Assembly: GCA_965287045.1 (NCBI GenBank)
Contig: OZ336873.1
Coordinates: 111,910,001 to 111,974,000, forward strand
Direction: 5' to 3'
Source of the DNA: Carcharhinus amblyrhynchos
Taxonomy: Eukaryota
Length of the DNA: 64,000 nt
Shown: positions 50,340-62,713 of the stretch, piece by piece
Numbering within the stretch: position 1 is the stretch's first letter
How the letters are laid out: every line of letters begins with the position of its first letter
The notes under the pieces: model-generated
Seen by the model: only the letters and a program-made list of their open reading frames with translations
Databases searched by the model: none
Told to the model about the DNA's origin: nothing
Made by a program: the position numbers and the translations under genes

Positions 50340-50740
50340 ATTAATATGTTCAGGGCTGAAAGGGTTAATACATGGGACTGGAGAAACATTACCGCCCACA
50401 TGATGGTTTAAGAAAGAGACACGTGATTAAGAATCAAGAGGAGAAGGCTTATGATTTGGACTGAGGTCCTAAATCTCTGTACTTAGTTACAATAAACCAT
50501 TTCAGACATATCTACGTGAGAAAATCCTTTTCTCACAGCGAGTAGTTCGGATCTAGAATGCACCGCCTGGAAGTGTGGTAGGAGCAGATTCAATCAGGGA
50601 ATTCGAGAAGGCATTTGATGATTATTTGATTCGAAAAAATGTGTAGGGGACTGGCACTAAGCCACAATGCTCGTATGGAGAGGCAGTGCAGGTATGATGG
50701 GCCAAATGGCCTCCTTCCGCACCATGACAATTCTGTGATG
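50340..50740 (+). mobile_element. CR1 3' fragment
   Basis: TTTCTCACAGCGAGTAGTTCGGATCTAGAATGCAC..GATGGGCCAAATGGCCTCCTTC..AATTCTGTGAT. Confidence 0.75.
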
Positions 50741-51403
50741 TCTCTGCAACCATTCCTTAACCAATCACAACTAACATACAACAAAAGGGGTGCCAAATTT
50801 GCGAGCTGCAGGAAACGTAGCAGACTGGTTGCCTGCCGGGATTTCAGTTTGGCCACTTAGTAACCAGCTGAAAGCCACTTGCCACCTCAGTGGTTTCTGC
50901 AGGTACAGGAGTCCTCCTTTTTGGGCACTCCTTGCTCCATGGGGGGACATACCAGTAGCATTGCCCATATGTAATGGTGTCACTGGCATTTAACTGCACC
51001 CACTCCAATCACCTTAATTTGCCTGTCTTGTCTTGCTATTTCCCAATTCCTCTTACCTGGTGTAATATTCATCTAAGGAATATCAGCACGACATCACTAA
51101 AAGGGAATTATGTCATATGATCCAGACTTAATTTCGCTTTTGCTTTTGACCAGTGCACACATACACAGCTCTGCTGCTGATGTCTTCAATATTCTCATGA
51201 GCCTAGTCTCAATAAATGAACCAACAATGTGTTCAACCCAATTCGTTTTGAGTGATCGGTGCTTATATCATTGTGACAATATGACATTACTTTGCCTCAA
51301 GAGCCCCAGGCTATTGAGACATCCTTTCCATGCAAATCCAGCATCAGTCTTGGCCTCTGCTGGCAGTGGCACTTCTGAAACTGCTTGGAGTTCTTAGTAA
51401 AAT

Positions 51404-51698
51404 AAAGAAAAGTTTATTTATTAGTCACAAGTAGACTTACATTAACACTGCAATGAAATTACTGTGAAATTCCCCTTGTCACACTCTGGCATCTATTCAG
51501 GTACACTGAGAGAGAATCTGGCATGGCCAATGTGCCTAACCAGCACATCTTTTGGACTGTGGGAGGAAAGCGGAGCACCGAGAGGAAACCCACACAGACA
51601 TGGGGGTACATGCTGACTCCATACAAACAGTGACTCAAGCTGGGAATCGAACCCAGGTCCCTGGCATTATGAGGCAGCACTGCTAACCGCTGTGCCAC
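51404..51698 (-). mobile_element. HE1-like V-SINE, alternative tail
   Basis: TTATTAGTCACAAGTAGACTTACATTAACACTGCAATGAA..GGGAATCGAACCCAGGTCCCTGGC..GCACTGCTAACC. Confidence 0.92.
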
Positions 51699-51919
51699 TA
51701 AGGGGGTAGGATGCCATTCTTAGTTGGGTTGGTAGCCTTAGCAGTGACCACTTTAATGGCCATAGCCAACGTTGTGCCTCCCTAGATCCCACTGCTGACC
51801 TGAAGTGCTCCTGGGATGTCTGCCTCCTAGATAAGATTCAGCCTGATATAAAAACAGGAATGCTACTGAAACCCGTCAGGTTAGATTAAAATAACCCCCA
51901 TTTTATGTTGGTTGTCTCA

Positions 51920-52165
51920 CTGGTAACATTTTTGCCACTGAGTCAGGGAATTGTAAGTTTAAGTCCCACAAGCCCTGCGTCTGTCTGCGAGAGGTACATC
52001 ATATGAATTATTGCAGCTTTCTCCCTCCTGCTGTGGAACAGTAACACCATGACAACCCACATCAAAATCTCCCCACTGTACCATTAGGACTTGAACACAT
52101 AATGTTCGGTGTAGCTTTGAGGGAGTGTTGTATTGTCAGAGGTGCTGTCAGTTAGATGAGACATG
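51920..52165 (+). mobile_element. SacSINE1-like (DeuSINE) 5' remnant, interrupted
   Basis: CTGAGTCAG..AAGTCCCAC, then after about 115 bp GACTTGAACACATAAT..TGAGGGAGTGTTGTATTGTCAGAGGTGCTGTC..GATGAGAC. Confidence 0.55.
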
Positions 52166-53617
52166 ACATCGTACAATTGAAACAGGAAAACTGAACCCAC
52201 AAAGGCCAAAGTGAACTACATGGACCATGGTTCAATAACAAATTTATACAAACAAATATTATTACACATCTGAGTAAGAAGCAGTGAATTCAAAAATTAA
52301 TGCATCAGCGGCCTCCACTGAAGCGATAAATTCCTAGCAAAGTGGTTACGAATTTAATAAATTAAGTCATCTGAGGGCACCAGCCAATAAATTAATACAG
52401 TAGTCAGTAGTATTGAATTAAGTGGGAAAAAGATTGCAGTAAACATACAGGCATAAATCAGCAAAGTAAGGGAGCAGGGATACCATTGAATAAATATCTA
52501 CTTCCTGTTTCTCATTCCTGCAGGTGCAAAAGGACATTCATTGGTTTTATTGACAGACAATATGAGCAATCTTCATGTGTTTGCCAACTGTAAAAGTGAT
52601 GAGGGTTTGATCACCACAAATGCAAGTATACAGGAGCAAGACCCTGAGGGAAACAAAAAGGTACAATGATGACACACACAGGGTGGTGCGTGGGAGTTGG
52701 AGGGAAGAGTCATGCTCAGTGAAGGCATGTCTTGCTCATAACTTTAAATATTGGGGGCAGGGTGAGGTGATTCTCCAACCTCACTGTGCTTGGTGCAGAT
52801 CTCACAAATTCCAAAGAATAACCATGGAGGCCTAATCATTGGCTTTGCACATAGAGCCAAACAGTTTGCAATCATCCCAGTCCCTTTTAGGGCGTGAGGC
52901 AGATTAGCACATTTAAAGCATTATTTAAATATGCAAAGCCCATTCGACGCTGAATTGTTCCAGCTCCTGGGATTTTCCAACCTTCAAGCATGGCGCAAAA
53001 AGAAGAATTACTACTGGTTTCTGTTAGTGGAGACCATGCATCGAGGGTATTGGAGGTCATTGAGGAACGCGGGTAGTCGGAGGCGTGACCAGGCAGAGAC
53101 CTCAGGCAGTGCCCACCAGGCAGTGCCCACCAAATACCTCGACAGTGCTCTCCAGGCACCCCAGCAGTGCCAATCGGGCAATGTGCCAGGGGTACTCTGG
53201 TGGAAGGGCTGGGCGGGGTCTGAGTCAGGGCTATGATGGAGGGGGCTATGTAGGATGGGCTACTTAAATAAGCAGTTGCCTCAATTGAAGCAGGATTTTG
53301 TCGGCCAATGGTGTGAAACCTGAAGTTTGCTGGTTGGAACAAATAAGAGAGATCTGCACTTGTTGGATTTGTTTGGATGGTCAATGTATCACTCTGGATG
53401 TGGTCCTGGGACCACTTTGGGGGCCGGTAAGGTACTCTTTGAGAAAGGTAAAGCACCATTTGAGATTGCTAAGAGTATTGTGTGTAAAAAGTGCATAAAC
53501 TCAATTAAACTGTAGGAGCTCAAGGAACAATCAAATCTGTCAAAGGATATTAGTTCAGTTTGCATGAAGAGGGTAAGGATAAAGTATGATGTGGACTTGC
53601 GTTGGCAGTAAGTTGAA

Positions 53618-54747
53618 GGGGATGATTTTCCCAGCCCACTGTGCTGTTCTAGCAGTGCAATGGGCCAGGAGAGATCAGCGAAAGCCATTTTGTGAGCTTC
53701 CTGATGGGCGCCATGGCCTCTTTGTGTTGCTGCAGCAAAGATCTTCACAGAAATCAGCTGTGCATTGGATATCAGCACAGAGCTGATTACAATATGCCAA
53801 TCTGCATTTAAATATCATTCATAGCCCTTGGTCTGAAGTCTCCGGGCCCGTTAGCATCTCTCCCCCGACAGGAGTGGTTCACTCCAGTAGAGTTTACAAC
53901 TGCTCACCACTAACGGGGAACAGCGGCCTACCCCAGTGGAATGAAGCGAGGTCATGGTGGCCGTCCCAGGAGGTTGGTGATAAGGGGGGTGCCCACTGGA
54001 CAGTGTCAAGGGGCCAGGCTGGCACTGCCCAAGGAGCAAACTGACAATGTCCAAAGGGCACCTTAGCACTGCCCACCAAGCATCGGTCAGTGCCAAGAGG
54101 CAGGGATAGAAGGGGGTGCATTTGGATGGGTGGAGTCTATTGGGGGCGTGATCGATGGGAGTGGTGGAATCTGTTGCCACTCTGCATTCAGGATTTGGCA
54201 GAGGAAGGATGGCAGTCAGGGCTGGCCGTCCAGATAGGGACAAGGGGGGGTTGGGGTTGCTGGGGGGTCCAGACTGTCAGGGGTGGAAGGGGATTGGGTG
54301 AATAAGAAGGCTGGGGCTGGCTAAGTGGGGTACAGGGAGATCGAGACAGGCCAAGGGGTGGGGGCATGGGGTTGGTCCAGGGAGGTCCAGGAAACCAACA
54401 ATTTGGTGGTGGGGGGGTCAGCAAGGGCAGCGATGGTGGGGGGGGCGGTGGCAGTTACAGGGCTGGCTAGCGATCAGGCTGGTCAATGGCTGAGAGGCCA
54501 GCAGTGCGGGATCACTAGCATGCATCGATCTCGGTGCTGACAGGTCGGCACGTGTGCAGTGGCCTGATCTCTTCAGCAAGAATAGGCCTAACTACCTGAT
54601 TTTCACAGGTACTCTCACAGGGGCACTCTGCAGTGCATAGAGCGTGGGAGATTCAATCTGAAAATCACGCTAAAAAAAAATCAGCAAGAGTTACTCCCAT
54701 TTTCACACAAATTTGGGACTTAGAATTATTTTGGGAGAATCTCATCC
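53618..54747. mobile_element. Non-autonomous DNA transposon, about 1.1 kb, with G-rich interior (related partial copy about 52760-53250)
   Basis: Imperfect TIRs GGATGATTTTCCCA / TGGGAGAATCTCATCC; GGCACTGCCC motifs shared with 14913-15928. Confidence 0.6.
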
Positions 54748-55765
54748 GAAATATGGGTTATAAATGCCTTAGGGGTGGGACGATGGGGGGTGCTGACTGG
54801 AAACAACAGCCCAGGATTATGCTAAACAAAGAAAGAGCAAAACTATATTTGGAAGCAAGCTGTAAGCAGCCACATGGTGAGGCAATCATTTTTGAGCTTT
54901 TTTTTCATTCAAACAAGCAGTCTGCAGAAAGCACACTGCGGAAGAGAGCAGCTGCAGAAAAGGTAGTGTCAATTTTGCCTTTTAAAAACTGGGAGGCTGT
55001 AAAGTCTTTTTAAAAAGCCTCCCACTGCTTTGATTCAAAATCCCCATTCATCACAAAGGAGGGCTACCTCACCAGGCGCAGTCCACTATGTGCAGTCACA
55101 AAAGCCAACATTCTCATTTTTCCACTGGTGAGGACATTAATCTCGGTAAACTGGCCTTTTAATAATCATGTAATGCATGGCACACTTATGCACGCAGTGG
55201 GAATTCCCAACATTGTCCATCGGAAAGCCTGACCCTGCCTTCAGCCAACTTTTAGAATCCCATGAGAAATGGGCAGAATCTTCTGGCCCCACCAGCAATG
55301 GAAAGCAGGGGATCTTAATTTGGTGTGAGGCCCTCGAAATCAGTTTCCCAACAGTGGGATGATCTTCAGCAATGATGATCTTGTGAATGGTCAACTGTCT
55401 TGCAACCCCACCAATGCCTCCCCCGCCCCGCACCCACCACCACCACTGCCCCCACCTCAGTCATGATGTAATTGAATAGTGGAGCAGACTATGAGTCGAT
55501 TGGTCTACTTTTGCACCTTGTCTTAGGATCTTATTGCAAGCTGCGACTCAGTAATGCCTATCACAATGTCAAACAGCCTAAACTAATAGGAGGAGTCCTG
55601 CAAGGTCAAGCAGGGTATCCTTCTTATTTTGAAACGTGAGAAAGTTAAGCTTTCAACACGGAAAATGACTTTATCAAGACAGGATGCCAAGCAAACTAAT
55701 AATGCTTAAAGAGTTTTTTGTGCAGATACAATTAAATTCTTCTCTAATTGGAGTTGGCCATTACT

Positions 55766-56085
55766 GGGTGGCACGGTGGCTCAATGGTTAGCACTGCTGT
55801 CTCAGTGCGCCAGGGATCTGGGTTCAATTCTCACCTCGGGTGATCGTGTGGAGTTTGCACGTTCTCTCCGTGCCTGCATGAATTTCCTTCAGGTGCTCTG
55901 GTTTCCTCCAACAGTCCAAAAAAGTGCAGATTAGGTGGATTTGCCATACTAAAATTGCCCCTTAGTGTTGGGGGATTAGTAGGGTAAATATGTGGGGTTA
56001 TGGGGATAGGACCTGAGTGGAATTGTTGTTGATGCTGCTCAAAGGGCCAAATGGCCTCCTTCTGCACTTTCAGGATTCTAAAAAT
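55766..56085 (+). mobile_element. HE1 SINE, full length
   Basis: GGGTGGCACGGTGGCTCAATGGTTAGCAC, V-domain, GGGCCAAATGGCCTCCTTCTGCAC..GGATTCTA. Confidence 0.93.
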
Positions 56086-57021
56086 TCCATCATTGAATTA
56101 AGTCATCATTAGACTACAACTCAATTTAGCCACTTTTCTCGATATTCCTTACTATGTTTACCTCACAAAAATTTATCCATTTCAGCCTTCAAATTTTTGA
56201 CTGGCCCAACATGCACCATTTTTTGGGAGAAAAAAAATTAAAGTACCATAAGGAAATAATATTTGCAAAAAGCTAGAACCTTGGAGAAAAAACTTCAATG
56301 ACAATTTTTTTTAAATAACACAAAAAGATTCAATGGATAAATTCAACCATTCTTATTTGCTATTTTATGTAAATTCTTAGTTTGGACATGGAATTTTCAG
56401 TTAAAAAAAAGCTGGCAGAATATTAATTTCAGAAAGCATTTAAGTAATTTGATTAGTTCAGCAACAATCCACAACAATTCAAAATAACATTTAGATTGTA
56501 TCATTGATAGGGGTGGATTTCCCAGATGGGGCTGGTCAGACGAGAGAGACGAGTTTTTGTCCTGATATGCTGTGGAGATTTCATTCAATAACATACTTTT
56601 TTTTAAAATATAGAATCATCAACCAAAAGTTAGCCTGAACAACAGGCTTAGCTGCTAATCAGGGGCAGGTTGCAGGATCAGGTTGTGACTCACTGCTGTT
56701 AGTGGGATCCTGGTGGGGTTTCCAAAACCCAACCCTGGGACAGAGTTCTTTGGATGGGGGGGGGGGCACGTGGGGCAGGTCCAACCTGAAGGGAGGGTTT
56801 TCTGATGGGAGAGAAGTAGGTAACTTGGTGGGCTGTGACAAAGCAACTCTTACTTCTTCTTGACTCACAGGCCATGTTGTAAAGACATTTACCTTTACCC
56901 CAAAGGGGTGTGTTGCAGGATCTGAATAAGTTGGCCAGTGAGGACTGCACCTTTCAGGTGCATTGTGTGATACATGTAACCTCATTATAATATTTAAATA
57001 GACAGCCCATATCCTAGGAAC

Positions 57022-57236
57022 AGTGAGAAGTCTCACAACACCAGGTTAAAATCCAACAGATTTATTTAGTACCATGAGCTTTTGGAGCACTGCTCCTTCA
57101 TCAGATGAGCCACTTACCTGACGAAGGAGCAGTGTTCTGAAAGCTCGTGATACAAAATAAACCTTTTGGACTTAAACTTGGTGTTGTGAGACTTCTTACT
57201 ATGCCCACCCCAGTCCAACGCTGGAATCTTCACATC
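57022..57236. mobile_element. Fold-back (palindromic) Penelope-derived short element
   Basis: 57022-57109 is the near-perfect reverse complement of 57113-57200, followed by a tail ..GCCCACCCCAGTCCAACGCTGGAATCTTCACATC. Confidence 0.9.
57115..57150 (+). ncRNA. Minimal type I hammerhead ribozyme motif (PLE-associated)
   Basis: tac-CUGACGA-a-ggagc-agu-guucu-GAAA-gc-UC-gug: intact CUGANGA and GAAA boxes, helix II with G-U wobbles, short helix I, vestigial helix III. Activity not shown. Confidence 0.65.
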
Positions 57237-59340
57237 TCCACAGAATGGATGGACTGACAGGCATCTGTCCTGCCTTCATTAAACCCAAACATGGGCAGCT
57301 TGCAGTCTGGTTTGAAATTTTCAAATATTTACAACTCACACGATCACTTACACGATACCTATTTTTACCCACAAGGTTTTTTAATTGTAATGTGTTGAAT
57401 TATGGGTTTTCTACTGTAAAATCATAACTCAGGCAGTAAGGTTAATGTCTATAACTCTTGCACACATTACACATAATTTTGAAGAATAAATAGATAATGG
57501 ATTTAGTTCGTGAACTATCATCATTCTGTTTCCTGAGCTATAATTTGTTCCCACTTTCGCTGTTTGCCAATGTGGTGATTCATTCTGAAGACAATGTCTC
57601 TGGGCAATTTCCATTTGCCATAAATAACTTAGACAACCTGCTAAGGCCTTCCTGTCAAGCTGAACCAGGTCAGCAGTTGTTTACAAACAGAAGAAGCATT
57701 CCAAGCTCAGTGTAAAATGTTTGGCAGGTGGGGCCAGAAGGAAAATTGTGACCCTCCACACCCCTTGTACCCTGCTCCCCCGTTCTACCCCTATTTGTTG
57801 CTTCAGATTCCATTTCATCATTTGAGGGCTTCTCCTAAACCTTCTTCAAACCATTTATCTTCACACCAATCTTTGTGTCTTTGGATCAGTACCATTTTGA
57901 CGAGGCTTAAATGTTGAAACACCTTGGACCTGAATCCTAGGCCAAAGAGTGTGTTTCTTCATCATGAGGTTCAAATGGATCTCCTAAATACCTGAGGAGA
58001 TAATCAGAAAAGGCAAAACTGTGAGTGAAAGAACTTTGTGACCCAAGCAGCAATGTTGCATAAAAAAATTGTCAAACCAAACATAACGGACAATAGTTCT
58101 AGCAAGGGATAGCTGAATAACCAAGTGTTACATTAAGATAACTTTGCTGGATCAAAACTTTTGCTGGTTTTTAGAAAGTCATTACTCACAAATTCGTACC
58201 TGATTGCATTCCAAAAGGGTCCAGCTACAGGCAAGCTGCTTGCAGTAAAGACAACCTGGTTGATCAATGATTTCAATAGGACTTAACAATAAGCACTTTT
58301 CTCCCTTTCACACGGCAATAGTGTATGAGAAAGAGAGGGACACAGAGACAGGTATGATATATAAACCTAAACTGCTAATATTACGCTGCTGCTATTACAG
58401 ATCTTTTCAACTGGTACAGAATATTGATGTGCAATGCAGCAACTCACACAGCCAAAACGAGACACATTAATGATCTTGGAGATAACTTCCCTGCCACATC
58501 CTTTGCATCTGATTGAAGTGGGTCAAACTCATCACATCAACTAACCTTAGCAACTTTACCAGGCTCAACAGGAAGTGCTGATCTTTCTCTGAAAACTGTC
58601 GCACCATGCTCCAGTAATCCATCACTGGGCAAGAACAGCCTTGGTACAGCATTGCCAATTACAATACGAACAAACACATTTTTTTCTGTTAAAATCATAC
58701 TCTCCTAGTAACTTCTCACCTACATTTGTTGCTAGATTGCTCCAGGATAGTTCAGATCTGATTACCAGAGAAATGGGATGATTTTAGTCAAAGCGAGTAT
58801 GATAATTTCATCGAGGCAGAATGGTGATTATACTTCTCAAGAGAATTTCAACTTGATCCATTCAATTCTGAAGAGATAACACGAATTTCCAACCCACTGC
58901 CCAAAGTGTTCAACTGAATAGATTTTTTTGTGTAGAATTAATTAAAAATAGTAGTAGCTCAAAAATGTATGCTCATAATGTTGCTAAAAAGAAAAGGAAG
59001 CCTAAGGGTCTCAGAAATCAACCAAGGAATTGATAAAAAATGAAAATAATAAAATGAGAGTAAACTACCAAGAAATATAAAATCAGATTGCCAATGAACT
59101 TATACAAACATCTAAAAAGGAAGAGATTAGTGAAAGTAAACCCTTAGGGGCAGAGACAGAAGTTATAATGAGGCATAAGGAAATGGCAGAGATGTTGAAC
59201 AAATATCATGTATCTGACCTCACAGTCGAGCACACAGAACACACCATTACTATTGGAACCTGCACCAACAATCCCACCCAGACCCTATGCCCATAACCCT
59301 GCATATTTATCCGGCCAAGTCCTCTGACCCTAAGGAACAA

Positions 59341-59672
59341 TGGTGGCACAGCGGTTAGCACTGCTGCCTCACAGCACAATGAGAGACCTTTGGTATGCCT
59401 CACAGCACCAGGGACACGGGTTCAGTTCCGGCCTCGGGTGACTGTCTGTGTGGAGTTTGCATGTTCTCCCCATGGCTGTGTGGGTTTCCTCCTGGTGCTC
59501 CAGTTGCCTTCCATTGTCCAAAGATGTGCAGGTCAAGTGGACTGTCCATACTAAATTGCCTCTTAGTGTCAGGGGTAATTAGGGACTAAGGGGACAGAGC
59601 CTTGGTGGATTTGTTGTCGGTGCAGGCTTAATGGGCCAAATGGCCTCATTCTGCACTGTAGGGATTCTATGA
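59341..59672 (+). mobile_element. HE1 SINE with a duplicated head segment, flanked by decayed CR1 sequence (about 58950-59230 and 59690-59830)
   Basis: Head, V-domain and GGGATTCTATGA tail; TGCCTCACAGCAC occurs twice. Confidence 0.9.
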
Positions 59673-59983
59673 CAATTATTTTTAAAATAAGGTGAGAGAC
59701 CTTTGGAATGCAAAGGGATTTGGGTGACTCTGTACATAAATCACAGAAATATAATGTGAAGGTGCAGCAAGTATTTAAGAAGGCAAATGTTGTGTCATGC
59801 TTTGTTGCAAAATGGAAAATAAAAGTAAGAAGCCATTAAGTTCACCCATGTTCACAAGCAGCCACACCCCAATAGCAAAGATGAACTCTGAGCTACGCAT
59901 CAACCCTCCAGCAAGTTGGACCAGACTCCTCCACGTTCCTTGACTATAGCCAGAGGCGTTCTGGAAAACCTGCCAATGTGAAT

Positions 59984-60255
59984 GTTTTTTTAACATTCAT
60001 TTACAGGATGTGGACATTGCTGGCTAGGCCAGCATTTATTGCCCATCTCTAATTGCCCTTGAGAAGGTGGTAGTGAACTGCCTTCTTGAACTGCTGGAGT
60101 CCCTGAGGTGCAAGTACACACACACAGCTGATAGGAGGGAATCCCAGGATTTTGATCCAGCGACAGTGGAGGAAAGGTGATATGTTTCCAAGTCAGGATG
60201 GTGAGTGATTTGGACAAGAACCTCCAGGTATATTTGCTCTTGTCCTTCTAGATAA
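59984..60255 (-). mobile_element. LINE family B 3' end
   Basis: Reverse complement gives CAGTTCAAGAAGGCAGTTCACTACCACCTTCTCAAGGGCAATTAGAGATGGGCAATAAATGCTGGCCTAGCCAGC. Confidence 0.85.
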
Positions 60256-60259
60256 TAAT

Positions 60260-61610
60260 GGTGTCAGTCTTGTTCTGTGTTCCTCTGCACAATACCTGTC
60301 TGCAGCCCTCTGGTGAGCTGCAGTCTGCACTAGGCTTTTCACCTTGTGTTCACCGCAGGCCGTTAATACCTGGCATCTCACCACTGCAGGTCCTGCCTCC
60401 ATGCTATTTTCTGAAGGTTATGCAGGGTTGCTACGTGAGCTGGTGAGTGAGAGTTTGAGATTGAGAGATTCCTCCTTCATCAATGTCCTTGTGCTCTTCC
60501 AGCTCTTGCTGTTCCAATACTGCTTGGCCAGGTCGCAGTTTCCAGATGTCTGGAAGGAGAAGTACATCAGGGTAGGGGCATGGTGAGAGAAGAGGGTGAA
60601 AGAAAGAAGTGCATGGGTACCCCATCTGCAGCAGGTAAATGAGAAATCCTATAGAATGAGGGGAAATTGGGATATGAAAAGGCGGAATGACTATGGGAAC
60701 ACAGCCATCTTTGACTGTTGGCCACTGCATTAGCAAAGGCCCTCCAATAATGACAAGTACTAACTGCTTCAAGAACATGAGGACTGCAGCCATTCCATGT
60801 CTGCCCCAGTTAGGTGTTGTGCCTCTGACTAAAATGCCCAGTAAGAAAGGGGCAGTTGTGTCAGTAAGTGGCAGTAGGTGTTTTGATGTTGAACTATCAT
60901 ACATGAATAACCACCAGAGTGTATAAACTGCAAGATGTGGGCACAAGGTTTACAGCAGTGTAAGGTGTGTCAGGGTGAGGTGGAGTCATTAACATGAATT
61001 ATAAGTTGCCAGTGCTAACTGATGTTGGTGATGAGTGATGGGAATGTGCATTGAGCATTGTGTGAGGCTGGTGTTGCAATTAGAGGGATATGACATTTGA
61101 AGACACTTTCACTAACCTTGATCACTCATCTAAGATCATTGATCATTTTGTGGCACTGCATCCACTCCCGTGGGATTTGAATTTTTGCATTGACTCTTGT
61201 TGACTAGGTGGTCCCACTCCTTTCACAAAGAATGTCTAGAAGCTCTCCTGGTCCCCTGTAGGTGAACTACATTGTTCTCCCTCTCTACCTCCTCCACCAA
61301 GGTTTCCAATACAGTATCAGAGAACCTTGCCATCAGTGCTATCCCCATTCTGCCATTATTCACTCTTCTTCCTACTCAGATTTTATTCCACAAACAACTC
61401 CAGAGGCAACTTCACCCAGAACGCACCTCCCCTTTAAGAGGTGCAGACGTTACTTAGAGCAAGACAACATTAAGAGATGCAGCCTCACACAAATGTAGGT
61501 CCCCAGCTGAGTAATGAAGCCACTCAACAGTGCATTTACTGACATCTGTAAGTCAATCAATCATTGAGTTCCTCGTGTTGGTGTGCAGGGACCCCTAAAT
61601 TTTGCTCCCA
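60260..61610 (-). mobile_element. Harbinger remnant with a Myb/SANT-like exon (61117-61356)
   Basis: Minus reading MARFSDTVLETLVEEVERENNVVHLQGTRRASRHSL*KEWDHL..VNAKIQIPREWMQCHKMINDL, followed by a donor AAG|GTTAGT. Confidence 0.75.
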
Positions 61611-61614
61611 AAAG

Positions 61615-62036
61615 TTTTGTTGCAAAGGTTTTGGAGAAATCGCATCTAGACTACTGTGTACATCTTTGATCTTTCCTCCTAAGAAAGAGTGCACTTGCTT
61701 TAGAACAGGTGCAACAAATGTTAATTGGATTGATTCCTAAGGGTTTACCTCAAGCAGAATGGGTTTAAATTCTGCAGATTTTACAATTACAAAAGGTGAT
61801 CTCATTCAATCACATCGAATTCTTGGTGGACTTGTCAGGGAAGATGCTGTTTCTCCTGCATGAAAAATCTAGACTGAAGGGTCACCAACTCAGAATAAGG
61901 GACTGGCCATTTTGGACTGAGATCAGGAAACATCACTTCACTCAGAGGGTTGTGAATCTTTAGATTCTCTCAGGGATATGGTGGGAAAGTGGAGTTGTGG
62001 TGGAAGATCAGCCATGGTCCAATTTCTCATGTTCTT
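61615..62036 (+). mobile_element. Old CR1 3' fragment
   Basis: GGTGATCTCATT..CTTCACTCAGAGGGTTGTGAATCTT..GATCAGCCATG..TTCTCATGTTCTTA. Confidence 0.7.
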
Positions 62037-62713
62037 AAAGTTTGCCCAGAATCTTGTGTACACTCTTGGCTTAACTAAAAACCCAAGCTGCTGCAAACAC
62101 ACTAAGATCTATAAACAAGGCAATTCAAGCTGACCTCTAATTTCAAGATTGGAGAGCCTAACGGGAGCAATCTCCTCCAAGGAGAAGGTTCAGATTAATA
62201 TTTCAGTATAACCCATTTATCACAGCTGTTCTGGTTGGCTTTAAAACCAATCTGGAGTTCCTCCAAAATGTCAGTCAGACCCGTGGCAACTGAAATGTTG
62301 CCCAAATGAACAGACGTTCTGTCCAAATTGTCTCCCAGCAGACGCAATCTAGTTGCAAAAGGCTATGCCATCCTTTATGATACGCTGTGATGACTGATTG
62401 AAGTTCATATTAAGAATTTGAAGATGCTCAGTTCCATTTCAATTTACCTACTGTGCAATTTTAAATGGTTATAGCAGTGTATTGTAACTGTCCATTTCAG
62501 GTTCCAGCTGTTTGATCATTGGGTTAAATGACATATTGGGAAACTGAGGGTAAAAGACAATAGTGTAAGATAAGCAATATCAGTTCAGCCTCCCATTAAA
62601 CACATCTTCTGATTGCCTTTGCTATTGAATTGCTTGATATTTCATATTTTGCACTACCATTTAAAGCCAAACTACTCCCAAGTGCCCTGCACATATATTT
62701 CCAGTTAATGTCT

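Noticed and set aside
54230-54450. G-tract cluster as a functional G-quadruplex or promoter
   Set aside because: Internal to a repeated non-autonomous transposon; no CpG island or associated gene.
55766-55835. tRNA-like sequence with A and B boxes (and about 20 similar heads)
   Set aside because: These are SINE heads running directly into the V-domain; no complete cloverleaf or terminator.
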